From contig NC_068999.1 in assembly GCF_001194135.2 (NCBI RefSeq), positions 35,968,735 to 36,010,672 of the forward strand: a DNA stretch of 41,938 nucleotides. The letters run 5' to 3'. The translations under genes were made by a program, and so were the position numbers. Position 1 is the stretch's first letter. Each line of letters opens with the position of its first letter. The notes beneath the pieces are model-generated. The model was given only the letters and a program-made list of their open reading frames with translations. It did not search any database and had not been told where the DNA came from. This document shows, piece by piece, positions 10,620 through 23,130 of this stretch. The stretch comes from Octopus bimaculoides. Taxonomy: Eukaryota.

Positions 10620-11057
10620 ACCAGTATACGGTGCATACAATCATTATAATTCTGCAAATGAATTGGGACTATAAAATATATAATGAGACGTTTTCGTGCT
10701 AAGGGAATATCGGCGCGGAATTAAAGAGGTTTTATCTAAATCAATTCTAAATCCTCTATCGGAAGCAACCTTGCAGACTATTCTTCAACGTCCAATTGCT
10801 AAGCTGCATTCAACTCTCTAAGTCACTCTGCAATTATTCTTGAGAGTTCATAATGTTAAAACGTTCTTAAATCCGTTTAATTTTCTTAATTATACACAAT
10901 ATGTAAGAAAATTATTTTGATGAATTCTATTGAATGAGCAAGACTTTATGCGTTCAGTGTTCGCAAGAAATTTCTCTTAAATTAGACACTACTCTAAGGA
11001 AAAAGAAAAGACTTATTTGAGAATGTAGAAAATACACACATGTACACACGCACGCAC

Positions 11058-11182
11058 ACATACATACATACATACATACATACATACATACATACATACA
11101 TACATACATACGTACATACATACATACATACATACATACATACATACATACATACATACATACATGCATGCATACATACATA
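11058..11182. repeat. (CATA)n microsatellite
   Basis: Read directly from the sequence; source of the MYVC-repeat ORFs. Confidence 0.97.
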
Positions 11183-11463
11183 TATAGACTAGACTACCCG
11201 TCTGAACTTCCCACCAACGGAGTTTTGTTTCTTGGTTTTTTTTCCTTTCCAGGTTATTTCGCATGCTTTCAACGAATGTAACATCGAAATCACGCTTAAA
11301 GGGCTCCTTTCCCCAGAAAAGGAAAGATTTGACTGCTATTTCTTGCACGCCCTGCTAGTACGTATCTGGCATTTCGGGTCTTTTATCGCAATCAGCTGTT
11401 ACGTAGTAGCAGGACGTGCTAGAAATGAGTGAAACAAGTAAAAGAGTAAAAGAGTAATATATA

Positions 11464-12689
11464 TTGGGTCATCCCATACATAATGCGGTTTTTTATACTG
11501 CTTTGATTTTTCAAAATTGAGATAAACAAATTTCATTTTTAATCTAAAACATACTCTCCTTCATTTTCTACAATGCTCTTCCATCTATCTGGTAGACTTG
11601 CAAAGAACCTCTTCCAAAATTCGCTTGTCCGTGACGAAAAATACTCTTCCAGTACTGTTCTAACCTCACTTACAGAATTCATATTTTTTTCGTCCAAATG
11701 ATTTTGAAGACTGCCGAATAAATGATAATCAGATGAGGCAATGTCCGGCGAATATAATGGGTAGGGCATCGTTTCCCATCCCTACTGCTCCAGCCTTTGG
11801 AATGTCATCCTCCCTGTCTGTGGCCAAACATTATTCTGATGGAAGAACACCTTTTGTCTTGAAACCAAAGATGGTCGTTTTTGTTCTAGCGCTGACTTAA
11901 GACGCTCTAGCTGCTTGCAGTAGATCTCCATTATTATCATTTGGTTTGGGTTTAAAAGTTCAAAGTGGACTAAATCTTTCATATCCCGCCAAATAGATAA
12001 CATCTTACGTGGAGATCTTCTTTAGCCTAGGGTGCCGGTGTTTCTCCTTTCCCTACCCACTCTCTTCGGCTCTAAACATCTTTATAGAACCCATTTCTCG
12101 TCACCTGTCATTATTTGGTCCAAAAATGGTTCATGCGTGAGACGTAACAGCAAAGAAGAGCACACACTCACTCTCTGTGCGCGATTAGACTGCGAAAGTT
12201 TGTGAGGAATCCATTGACCCAATTTACTGGCTTCTCTGATGGCACGCTGGTGTCGATGAATGGTTGAATGACCAAATCCAAGATTCTCTGCCTGTTCCTC
12301 AACAATTACGATGGGATCTGCCGGGACGAGGCTCGTCTTCTACGCAGTAATTTCCGGCTCGGAATTTCTGGAACCCCCGTTGATATTGGCTTACGCCTCT
12401 TGTCCGATCTCCATAGACTGCATTAATATCCCTTGCACTTTCCATCACGTTGTTGCCTTTGTTGAACTCATAAAGCAAAATATACCGAATATCTTCCTTT
12501 CTCACTTACGTTATAGCATTGAAAAGACAACTGCTAAAATTGAGCCACAATCTTCAAAACTTGCATTAAGAATAAGTACAAGAAGATTTACTACCTGGTT
12601 TTATAACAAGTTGATTCCGGTAGTGTATCCCGTCTCCGACTTTAAGTTCATGCAATTCAAAATGCCACATTATTTATGGGATAACCTGT
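11464..12689 (-). mobile_element. Full-length decayed mariner (Mos1/Hsmar1-like), 1226 bp
   Basis: TIRs ttgggtcatcccatacataatgcgg (11464-11488) and the reverse complement of 12665-12689 (19/25), with TA flanks. Minus-strand remnants MRKEDIRYILLYEFNKGNN, WIPHKL, MTGDEKWV and YSPDIASSDYHLF (ORFs 12299..12505, 11782..12003, 11539..11769) with several stops and frameshifts. Confidence 0.9.
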
Positions 12690-13080
12690 TATATATGTGT
12701 GGGTGCATGTGTGTGTGTATGTGTGTGTATATGTGTGTGTGCATGTGTGTGTGTGTGTGTGTGTTTGTGTGTGTGTGTATGTGGTATTTATTTAATTGGC
12801 AAGGCTTACAAAATCTCTCAATGACCGAGAAGTTAGGCTGTTGTATTCTCAATCGCGAGATCGTATTTTCCATTTCTAGACGGATGGTGTGCTGTGTTCT
12901 CCAGCAAAACATTTCATATCACGTTGCTCTACGATCACTTCGACACCTGACACGTGGTCGATTTGCTGGAGAGAGCTAATGCACGGCCTATACATCTGAT
13001 CGCTATAAACAAATCATTTGTGAAGTTCGTTCGGTAAAAAGCTGAACGCACATACGTTGTCTTCGACGGGAGAGTCCATC

Positions 13081-13151
<71 letters not shown>

Positions 13152-13186
13152 TATAACTGAAACAAGATAAAGATAAAATATGCTTT

Positions 13187-13598
13187 TGTGGTAAGAATCT
13201 TGCTTCCCAACCACATCGCTCCGGGTTCATTATCACTGCGTGTCACCTTGGGCACCTGTCTTCTACTATAGCTTCGGGCCGATGAAAGCCTTGTGAGTGG
13301 ATTTGGTAGCCGAAACTGAAAGAAACCCGTCGTATATATATATATGCATATATATATATATATATATGCTTATGTCTGGCTTTGTGTCTGTGTTTGTCCG
13401 TAGACCATTGCTTGACAACAGATGTTGGTGTGTTATGTCCCCATAATCAAGAGGTTCGGCAAAAGGCACCGATAGAATAAGTACTAGGCTTACAAATTCT
13501 AAGTCCCGTGGTCGATTTCTTAGACAAAAATCCGTTTAAGCTGGTATCCCAGCATGGCCGCAGTCATATGACTGAAACAATCAGAAGAATTAAAGAAT
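13187..13598 (+). mobile_element. SINE family 1, near-complete: tRNA-like head, internal (AT)n, 3' body, gaaacaa..aaagaat tail
   Basis: Contiguous head (tggtaagaatcttgcttcccaaccac..cgggttca), (AT)n at about 13333-13367, and body (gcttgacaac..ggttcggcaaaag..ccgatagaataagtac..cagcatggccgcagtc). Same architecture as 30269-30674 on the other strand. Confidence 0.85.
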
Positions 13599-13989
13599 AT
13601 GTGTGTGTATATGTGTATCTATATAAATATATGTATATGGATGTATATATATATGTGCATATATATATATGTGTGTGTGTATGTATATATAAGTGTGTGT
13701 GTGTATATATATATGTATATATGTATGTATTCTTATATGTATACATAGTACATAGTAAACATACAGATAGATACATATGTATGAGTGTGTGCATCTACAC
13801 ACACACACATATAACGAATGGATGATCATGGTAAGTCGTGTCTTAGATCATACATGTGATCACTCATAGCAGACCCATGGCTAAATAACAATAATTTTGA
13901 TGAATCGGTGAGGTGAGATGTTTTGAATTAGCAACCAATCCTTTCTCAGCTTATAGATTTCTTCACTTTTTCTTTATGATATACAAAAC

Positions 13990-14130
13990 TTAAGGCAGCG
14001 ATTTAGCAAAGATTTTACAGCTTCCGGTAGAATGTACAGCGGTATTCGCTCCCGTTGTCACTGTCCTTCGTTCAAATCTCGCCTAAGTTACCTTTGCATT
14101 TCATTCCTAAGGGAACGATGTACCCAAGAT
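13990..14130 (+). mobile_element. SINE family 2, highly degenerate copy
   Basis: Weak similarity (taaggcagcg..ttagca..gcggtattcg..gttcaaatctcgcc..acctttgcatttcattcc) to 22601-22735. Confidence 0.5.
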
Positions 14131-15192
14131 GAGTCCTATACCATAGATATCTTTTTTCTTTATGGAAGACCGCTCAGTTAACAAGTGAAGCACTACGTTT
14201 CAAATTGCCAAATACGTTTTGAATGTCAAGGTGGTGCATCTACGATTCCATGAAGAGTTGAGCGACTAAGAAATGAAGGATGTTTAGAACTAAATAATTT
14301 GAAAGCCTCCGATGGTGTTTTACTACATTAAACGTCATGGTCATGTATTTCCGTTCACACTCCATATTGTTTTATTACAAGGAAGTGTAATTTTGGCGGG
14401 ATTTTTACAATATTTCATAATTGAACATCAATACTTAGCCCTCATATTATTTAAATATGCTCGAAACCATGTCAAAGATACAGAATACATTATTTCTTCA
14501 AATCAAACGATGAAACAAGGCGGATGTATGGCGTTCACGCTAAACCACCTGTGGTACATGTGGCAGTTAACGTATAAAAGATAACACAGTTTGTGATTTG
14601 AGATATATTTAGTTGCCATTTCTAGCAGTCTAGCGACTATGCAGAGCTTCCTCTCAATGACTCAGCATTATTTTTGTTTACTAAAAGTGGTTATATTGGT
14701 TATATTGTTATGAAACCTATAATAACAGTTAAAAAAAAGTCTATTGTAGAATATATGTGAATGTTCGTGCGGAAAAGGCGAGAGAGTAAGTAGGTACGGC
14801 TAGTTTTATTTATTGAAAGAAGAAATTATATATACACTATATAGAGATTTTTCATCGTTGTTTCTTCTCAAACAAATAAAAGGTGATGTAGGGTGAAGGA
14901 GGTTTTATTTGAAGTATTGGACACAGAAATATTGAATACCTTTTCTATAGTACCTACATTAAAACATAACCCGCCCCTACACCTCCCCACCACGCACATA
15001 TATACACATACATATACATACACAGGCACATATGTATGTGTATGTGTACGCGTGAGCATTCTATGGACGTACTTGTTTACACACACAGGTATGTGTGTAT
15101 TTGCATATATGTCTGGTAATATATACTGACGTACATATATGAATATATAAGTATTAACATACCATATATATACTTATATATATACATTTACA

Positions 15193-15250
<58 letters not shown>

Positions 15251-15590
15251 NNNNNNNNNNNNNNNNNNNNNNNNNNNNNNNNNNNNNNNNNNNNNNNNNN
15301 NNNNNNNNNNNNNNNNNNNNNNNNNNNNNNNNNNNNNNNNNNNNNNNNNNNNNNNNNNNNNNNNNNNNNNNNNNNNNNNNNNNNNNNNNNNNNNNNNNNN
15401 NNNNNNNNNNNNNNNNNNNNNNNNNNNNNNNNNNNNNNNNNNNNNNNNNNNNNNNNNNNNNNNNNNNNNNNNNNNNNNNNNNNNNNNNNNNNNNNNNNNN
15501 NNNNNNNNNNNNNNNNNNNNNNNNNNNNNNNNNNNNNNNNNNNNNNNNNNNNNNNNNNNNNNNNNNNNNNNNNNNNNNNNNNNNNNNNNN

Positions 15591-15641
<51 letters not shown>

Positions 15642-16837
15642 CCAAGCAGCAGCATTAGACATTAAAGACAACCCTACCACCATCACGCACATATGCTAAA
15701 CAATTCCAAATCTAAAGAATAGAACACGAACGATGCAGCCAGCCTACACAAAGCTTGTGCAAATATATACATCTCTCTACAAAGCTTGCAATTTTTATAA
15801 AGTTGAGATAAAGCAGTTCCGTAATATTTCCAAACAAAGAACCGCAGTCGATTGAGTCTTTTCTCATCATGTCTTACCAAAACGCGATCATCGAGTAAGT
15901 AGTGATATTTAACCACTCTTGCTTAATTTTATTGACGAGGTCTGTTTGTCGTAGATGCTGTCATTGTTGCTGTTTTGTTCGAGGTCATCTGTGATCGAGT
16001 TTGCCTACGTACAATAGCATTCCAGTGATAATTATATTATCATTTATTCAGTATTTTCTTGATATATATGTTTCATTTCTCACTCCAATTGAGTTTAATT
16101 TAACGGAAATTTAACTGCTGTTTTTGGCAGTCGGAGTGTCATTGATCCCTGTACAGAGTGCCTCTGGATTTTCTGTAGTATACAATCGAAATTATTTTAT
16201 ATGCTGCTGTAATATTAATAACATGGCCAAATGACCATTCTTGCACTACAACGAGCAATAGGAATTTCATTCCAAGTCATTCAGTGCCACTTCTTTCTTC
16301 AACATTTGGTCAAAGAAATTTAAATCACTAAATATGCATACACCATTTAGTTACATCAACGTACTTCTTAGTATTTCTGTGTATTTCTATATAAATTTTT
16401 GTAGGTTAGTGACAAGAAAATAGTGTCAAATCAAAGTGTATGAATGGAATATGCAAAGTTCATTTATAGTATACGGCAGCCAACATTAGCTATACGATGT
16501 CACAGCATAACAATCTAGTCTGTTCTGAGGAGACGAACAAATATATAATTTCAAGAAAGATCACACATTCTCATGAAAATTCTTATTTAAAACACCAGAC
16601 TTTTTCCTCTTCCAAACCTGCTAACATATTCTACTTTCTGGATTCTTTATTGCCGGATAAATAGGTGGAAAAATCCTGAAATTCTTTTACGTCGGTATAA
16701 CAGAATGTCTTTTTCTCAGTAACATACTTTTGGAAATCTCAGATAATGGAACAAAGCAATGTATTTAGTCTAAATTATAGATTTTGCGACTAGGTCTTCT
16801 ATATTTCCTCGCGTGTAAGATGAATTTGACATACAGC

Positions 16838-16972
16838 CGTTGTTGTTGTTGTTGTTCTTCTTCTTCTTCTTCTTATTATTATTATTATTATTATTCTTTT
16901 TCTTCTTCTTCTTCTTCTTCTTCTTCTTCTTTTTCTTCTTCTTCTTCTTCTTCTTCTTCTTCTTCTTCTTCA
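16838..16972. repeat. Compound (TGT)n-(TCT)n-(TAT)n-(TCT)n microsatellite
   Basis: Read directly from the sequence; source of the poly-K/F/S ORFs. Confidence 0.96.
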
Positions 16973-17095
16973 ACATCTTTCTCTTTTCGTCCATTACCTT
17001 TTCCAGTGTATGTTGGTACCAACACCCGTTACCTCGTATCCATACTTCCGGCATAGTTATTATTATTATTGTTGTTGTTGTTGTTGTTGCTGTTG

Positions 17096-17250
17096 TTTCG
17101 ACCGTCTTTACGTTCTGAATCCAAATTCATCGAGATCGACTTTGCCTTTTATCATTTGGGGTCGATAAATTAAGAACCAGTGGGGACGATGTAATCGACT
17201 GCTGTCCCCCCACCCCTTAAATTTCAGGCCTTTTGCCTTTAGAAGAAAGG
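17096..17250 (+). mobile_element. SINE family 2, 5'-truncated copy
   Basis: tttacgttctgaatccaaatt..gatcgactttgcctttt..ggggtcgataaattaagaaccag..gtaatcgact..aaatttcaggcc, shared with 22310-22546 and 29280-29421. Confidence 0.82.
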
Positions 17251-17263
17251 ATTATTATTATTC

Positions 17264-17307
<44 letters not shown>

Positions 17308-17310
<3 letters not shown>

Positions 17311-17467
17311 TAGTTTTATTTTTATAACGTGCTTTCACTTCACTACCGAGCGCAGCTCTGTGCGCCTTGAGTATGTGCTGTGGTTTGCTGTGGTGCTCTT
17401 ATGTTTACTGTATTGAAAGTGTTTTGCGTAGAATGTGTGCAGTACCCAGTAGTGCAATTTTCTGTAT
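17308..17467 (-). mobile_element. 3' end of an R4/Dong-type (RLE) non-LTR retrotransposon, young subfamily, running into a gap
   Basis: Matches 33409-33568 with two differences by eye. Encodes ...GTAHILRKTLSIQ* followed by a 3' UTR and (TAA)n. (TAT)n also flanks the far side of the gap. Confidence 0.88.
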
Positions 17468-17942
17468 NNNNNNNNNNNNNNNNNNNNNNNNNNNNNNNNN
17501 NNNNNNNNNNNNNNNNNNNNNNNNNNNNNNNNNNNNNNNNNNNNNNNNNNNNNNNNNNNNNNNNNNNNNNNNNNNNNNNNNNNNNNNNNNNNNNNNNNNN
17601 NNNNNNNNNNNNNNNNNNNNNNNNNNNNNNNNNNNNNNNNNNNNNNNNNNNNNNNNNNNNNNNNNNNNNNNNNNNNNNNNNNNNNNNNNNNNNNNNNNNN
17701 NNNNNNNNNNNNNNNNNNNNNNNNNNNNNNNNNNNNNNNNNNNNNNNNNNNNNNNNNNNNNNNNNNNNNNNNNNNNNNNNNNNNNNNNNNNNNNNNNNNN
17801 NNNNNNNNNNNNNNNNNNNNNNNNNNNNNNNNNNNNNNNNNNNNNNNNNNNNNNNNNNNNNNNNNNNNNNNNNNNNNNNNNNNNNNNNNNNNNNNNNNNN
17901 NNNNNNNNNNNNNNNNNNNNNNNNNNNNNNNNNNNNNNNNNN

Positions 17943-18050
<108 letters not shown>

Positions 18051-18918
18051 CATCATCATCATCATCATCATCATCATTATGCTTATTATTGCTATTGTTA
18101 TTCTTTGGGAAATCTGGAATCAGATATATGGTCGAAGACCTTACGTCGTTTTAGGGGTTCAGTGCGGCCTATCTGAATTTCACTTTACATATTTAAGCTG
18201 GCGAGGTTTTAGTTGAGGAAGATTTGGTTGTTATTTTCAAATGGTCGATCAACCACATAATAGTAACCTCACTGTCTCGATTTAATATAAAGTAAAATTT
18301 ACTGAAGAAGGAAATGGCCTGTCTTTGACACTTCCTGTCAACAACTGACATTTTGACACTTCCTGTCAATATGTCAGACTATGTCCACATTAACGATATA
18401 TTACAGATTAATACGGTTTCTTGTTTTATCGCCTCTGGCAAAACTGCAAAGTACGTAAATAAGTATGATACGTCTGTAAGGTTGTATCCCATCCTGTGAG
18501 GTTGTAGAAGTCTACCCAAGAAGATTTTCCTATTTGTGGGTGGTAGAATTCATGCGTCACCCTTGAAACATAATTATCTGTCTAGTGGGTGCCATTAATG
18601 AAATACACTCTATTACAAAACATTCATGACAGGTCTGTCGTCTACGGAGAACTTCCACCCGTCTGCCTTGAAGCCTTCATAGAGATAAAAGGTCAAGAAA
18701 AATAACCTTCCTCTTCCTAATCTAGTCATAAAAAAACAACACCTGGAGGCCAGGTACATCGCGAATTTATGAAAAAGCCTGTATGCCTGTATGTGGTTTC
18801 GCAACTTGCTAGAAATAGAAGATAAATCAACGTAAAATACACTATCAGCTCAAAAATAGATATACAGTACCTGAGTGAGATACGAAACGTTACGACAAGA
18901 AGAATTTGGGGTTAAATG

Positions 18919-20385
18919 CACTGATCAATAACCAAAGTGCTTCTGAGACCAGAGTAGCAATTTTCAACTAATTTTAGGTCGCTGATAATGGATATCAAGG
19001 TTAAAACTGTCTGTTAGCTCTACTTTTCAAGATACACGTACATGTTACAATAGGTTCCAACAGGATTGCTGCAGTATGTTTCTTACCTCACTCACAGTCC
19101 CACTGCCTTTCATTAGTGTTCCAGCAGTCATAGGAGGTCGTTGTGCTGTGCAAGTTTATATACTGAGGTGGAAGGCAAGTGGCTTACCTAGTCAAACACT
19201 TCTTAAACTTATAATAAATATTCATTGAGCAAGCTGTTAATATGCATGTGTGGCATTTTATATTAATTTTATTTTTCTACTGAACGATATAAATACTTTT
19301 GCTAATGATAAATTTAGGATAAATTTATGAACGAATTTTCTGTTTATCTGCTGTTGTTTTCTTCTTTAAAATGCCTTGCACTTGTGTGAATAAAGAAGAC
19401 AACTTCTGCTACATTTGTGGTGAGGTGATCTTTGCGTCGCAGAAGCGCCCTATAACTGCTATGCTCAGAAAGATGTATCACCTATATTTTGGATGTAATA
19501 TTGGCGATCAGGATAAGAAGTGGGCTCCTCACATGTGCTGCAACACTTACGCTACTAGCTTTCGCCAATAGTTGAACAGAAAGAAGAAAGGTAAGTCATT
19601 TGCTGTGCCAATGACGTGGCAAGTGCCAACGGACCATACCAACAATTGTTATTTCTGCATGGTACCTCCAGTAAAAAAAAAGGGCTTGTCAAAGAAGAAA
19701 GAGTCCATTGAATATCCAAACATTCCATTAGCTATTCGCCAAGTTCTACGTGAAAGAGCTCTAAGTGTTCCTGATGCACTAATTTCGATATTCTTCGAGT
19801 CAGAGGAAGAAAGCGGTGAGGGGAAAGCAGAGAAGGATTATAGTGCTGGACTACAGAAGGACCCAAAGTTTGATGAAACACACTCCTCTAGACCACATCT
19901 CCATGCCCTTGTCAATGATCTACAGCTACTTGAGAGTAATGCAGAGCTACTAGGCTCTCATCTTCAACAGTGGATTCTCCTAATAGTTGCTAATGTGAAG
20001 ATTTCAAAATTTCATGACCGTCAGCAGCAGTTCAGCAATTTCTTCATAATGGAACGTGATTTCTTGGCCTGCAACAATATTAATGGTCTCATGGAAGCAC
20101 TTGATATTGAACACAAACCAAGTCACTGAAGGTTGTTCAGAGATTCATGAAAACCATGCCTGAAAGGTGTCTGTTGCAAATTAGCAATAGAGAACCTTCA
20201 GTTCCTGTGGGCTATGTATCATATATGAAAGAAACTTATGAGAATATAAGCTTATGTTGCAATGCATAAAATATAGTGAACATCAATGGCAGCTCTGTGA
20301 TGGCTTAAAGGTTGCTGCTTTCGTGATGAGCTTGCAGGACGGATACAGCAAGTACTACTGCTCTCTGTGTGAATGGGACAGAATC
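18919..20385 (+). mobile_element. Chapaev3-like (CMC superfamily) DNA transposon, 5' part with decayed transposase
   Basis: Probable CAC terminus at 18919. From 19371: C..NFCYICGE..YFGCNIGDQDKKWAPHMCC..W..P.DH..CYFC zinc-finger region, LLGS.LQQW, (W)RLF.DS, KETYEN, KYSEHQWQLC..LKV and GYSKY.C.LCEWD. Stops at about 19569 and 20127; truncated by a SINE body at about 20390. The family name is from recalled motif similarity. Confidence 0.78.
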
Positions 20386-20397
20386 CTAGAATGTCAG

Positions 20398-20625
20398 TGT
20401 GTGTCATTGTATCTGAGTATGTTCCCCGAAACGCTTGACAAATTGCATTGGTTGCTTGCAGCTCCGTAGCTTAGAGGTTCGGCAAAACAGATCCGAAAGA
20501 AAAAGAAATTAACTCTTAATAAAATAAGTACAGTTGTATATTTGTTGGACTAAAACTATTGAAGGCTCTGCCCTGGCATGACTGTTGCCCAATGATTGCA
20601 GCAGGAAAAACATAGATAAAAGATA
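20398..20625 (+). mobile_element. SINE family 1, degenerate 3' body
   Basis: gcttgacaa..ttggtt..cgtagcttagaggttcggcaaaa..ccgaaagaa..ggcatg..tgattg..agataaaagatag matches the body of 13187-13598. Confidence 0.7.
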
Positions 20626-20800
20626 GAGACACAGGGACACGTAGACAGCGAAACAAAACAAAAGAGGACTATGATGGTAATAATGTATAAAATCTCAGTG
20701 TAACCGTACACTGATGTATATGCAAATAGACATACACAAGCTACAAAGTTAGAGAGAGACGGGGTGGAGAGAAAGATATAGCTGGCTACATAGACGGAGG

Positions 20801-20831
<31 letters not shown>

Positions 20832-21226
20832 GGATGGATAGACGGTCGGTCACACAGACAGACAGACAGACAGTGGGACAGAGAAACAGACAGACAGACA
20901 ATCGGACAGACAAACAGTCGGACAGATAGACGGTCAGACAGACAGACAGACAGACAGAAAGACAGACAAGCAGATAGATAGATACATATATATATACATA
21001 GATAGAAGAACGGCGAAAAAGAGATAAATGATGTTAATACTCAATATAGTCGACACACTTTTATCTCATTCCCAGACACATATCAATACACACACACACA
21101 CACGCACACACATACATACACACACGCACACATACAAACAGACAAATAAAAGGGAAATACAGAGAGAAAGAGATAAAGAGATCAAGGATAGGAGGAAAAT
21201 GGTATTAATAAAGAATGAAATCTCAC

Positions 21227-21369
21227 TTTAATCTCGCACAAATCTCCTTTGTGTCCGTCTTTACAATGACATTTGAAACCGTTCAGTAAATCTTCACATT
21301 TTCCGCCATGCTGGCATGGATTAGATTCACATTCGTCGATCTGAATTTCACAGTGGTAACCATGGTAAC
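21227..21369 (-). CDS. Next coding exon of the same EGF-repeat protein (calcium-binding EGF)
   Basis: Acceptor gtttgtaattaacAG|GT and donor AAA|GTgaga. 143 bp, phase 1 start and phase 0 end. Translation (G)YHGYHCEIQIDECESNPCQHGGKCEDLLNGFKCHCKDGHKGDLCEIK completes the EGF left open by the 33012-33245 exon (CIPG|YHGYHC). Not in the ORF track. Confidence 0.92.
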
Positions 21370-21980
21370 CTGTTAATTACAAACATGTAATGTATGATAT
21401 ATAAGTGTATGTGTACGTTAGTATATGTTTGTATATATGTGTGTGCCTGTATGTGTGTGCATGTGTATCTGCACGCGTGTGTGTGTGTGTGTATCTGCGC
21501 GCGCGCTCGCGTGTGTGTGTGTGTGCGTGTGCGTGTGCGGTGTGTGTATGCGCGCGTCAAACACAAATCCATTCCTCACTATGTCGATTTCAATATTATT
21601 CTCCAAAAATTTTAACTCTTTCTATATCAGATTTTAAACAATTTTAGATGGAATTTTTGGTATCTATCAACATTGATAATTTCACTTAATTCATGTTTTT
21701 TCTTCTTTTTTTTTTTCCAATACATTATATTATATACATATACGATAAAATAATATCATGCGTGCCGCAGTCAAATTGGAAATATACTGCTGCGCTTATG
21801 ATGAAAACTGAGGCAGAAACACGTGTCTACAACAGTTGTCCAGACAATCAATCTTCTCAATTGTATCACAATTTCGAACACTTCGTAATTATTAATTTTT
21901 ATATTTCCTTCTAAATCATTGTAGGTCGCAAATGTTTACTATTCCCTCTACGGGAATATAATTTCTATAAATCAAAGATA

Positions 21981-22025
<45 letters not shown>

Positions 22026-22309
22026 ACACACGCATGCACACATACACACACATATAAATATATATATATATACATACGAACACACATGCGTGTTACCAAT
22101 ACAAAAATTATTTGTGATTTGTTGCTAAAATATGTTGATTCCATCTTGTTAATTTAAAAAACTTTCTACACACACACACACACACATATATAGTTACGCT
22201 GTCGTCGGTTTGCCATCGTCTGCAATCCAGCATTGGCTTAAGTGGCCTAAACTTCGAAGCCACTGTTGTCAATATTCTTTTTTAAGAGGAAATTCATACT
22301 CTACAAAAC

Positions 22310-22546
22310 TATATCTATTTCTTTATTGCCCACAAGGGGCTAAACATAGAGGGGGCAAACAAGGATAGCCAAAGGGATTAAGTCGATTATATCGACCCCA
22401 GCGTTCAACTGGTACTTATTTAATCGACCCCGAAAGGATGAAAGGCAAAGTCGACCTCGGTGGAATTTGAACTCAGAACGTAACGGCAGATGAAATACCG
22501 CTAAGCGTTTCGCCCGGCCTGCTAATGATTCTGCCAGCGCGCCGCC
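22310..22546 (-). mobile_element. SINE family 2, near full length
   Basis: On the minus strand: ggcggc.cgctggcagaatcattagca.gccgggcgaaa..ttagcggtatttc..ttacgttctgagttcaaattcc (B-box-like)..gtcgactttgcctttcatcctttcggggtcgat..aagtaccag. Confidence 0.88.
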
Positions 22547-22600
22547 ATTCTCTAGAAAATTATATCAATGTAAAATTGCTTTTATTATAAATAAAAATGA

Positions 22601-22735
22601 TGCGGTGAGCTGGCAGAATCGTTAGCACGCCGGGCAAAATGCTTTCGTCTGTCCTAACGTTTTGAGGTCAAATATCGCAAAAGTCGACTTTGCCCTTCAT
22701 TCTTTCAGGATCGATAAATTAAGTACCGGTTGAAG
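22601..22735 (+). mobile_element. SINE family 2, copy inverted relative to 22310-22546
   Basis: gcggtgagctggcagaatcgttagcacgccgggcaaaatgc..aagtcgactttgccc..gatcgataaattaagtacc. Confidence 0.85.
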
Positions 22736-22755
22736 ACTTATCCCTTCCTCCTTGT

Positions 22756-23130
22756 GGAGGCGCAATGGCCCCGTGGTTAAGGCAGTGGACTCGCGGTCAT
22801 AGGATCGTGGTTTCGATTCCCAGACCGGGCGTTGTGAGTGTTTATTGAGCGAAAACACCTAAAGCTCCATGAGGCTCGGCAGGGGATGGTGGCGAACCCT
22901 GCTGTACTCTTCCACCACAACTTTCAGTCTTTCTTACTGTTTCTGTTGTGCCTGTAATTCAAAGGGTCAGCCTTGTCTCACTGTGTGTCACACTGAATCT
23001 CCCCGAGAACTACGTTAAGGGTACACGTGTCTGTGAAGTGCTCAGCCACTTGCACGTTAATTTCACGAGCAGGCTGTTCCGTTGATCGGATCAACTGGAA
23101 CCCTCGACGTCGTAAGCGACGGAGTGCCCA
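22756..23130 (+). mobile_element. SINE family 3, near full length, with tRNA-derived Pol III head
   Basis: A-box region ggcgcaatggccccgtggttaag and B-box ggtttcgattccc. Body and 3' end (gttgatcggatcaactgg..cgtcgtaagcgacggagtgcc) shared with 26859-27152 and 41608-41809. Confidence 0.88.

Noticed and set aside
10954-11348. Low-complexity ORFs (MYVC, CVCV, THTH, YIYI, poly-K/S/I) throughout the window
   Set aside because: Translations of microsatellites.
11232-11432. Strong plus-strand acceptor (ttttttttcctttccAG) followed by a 66-aa ORF
   Set aside because: No recognisable domain and no partner exon; the 3' part overlaps a SINE tail.
16420-16470. Plus-strand reading KCMNGICK that looks EGF-like
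   Set aside because: Flanked by stops, on the opposite strand to the real exons, and lacking the remaining cysteines.
22756-22830. Possible tRNA genes at SINE heads (also 3425-3475 and 34655-34725)
   Set aside because: A and B boxes are present, but there is no complete cloverleaf or acceptor stem, and each continues into a repeat body.
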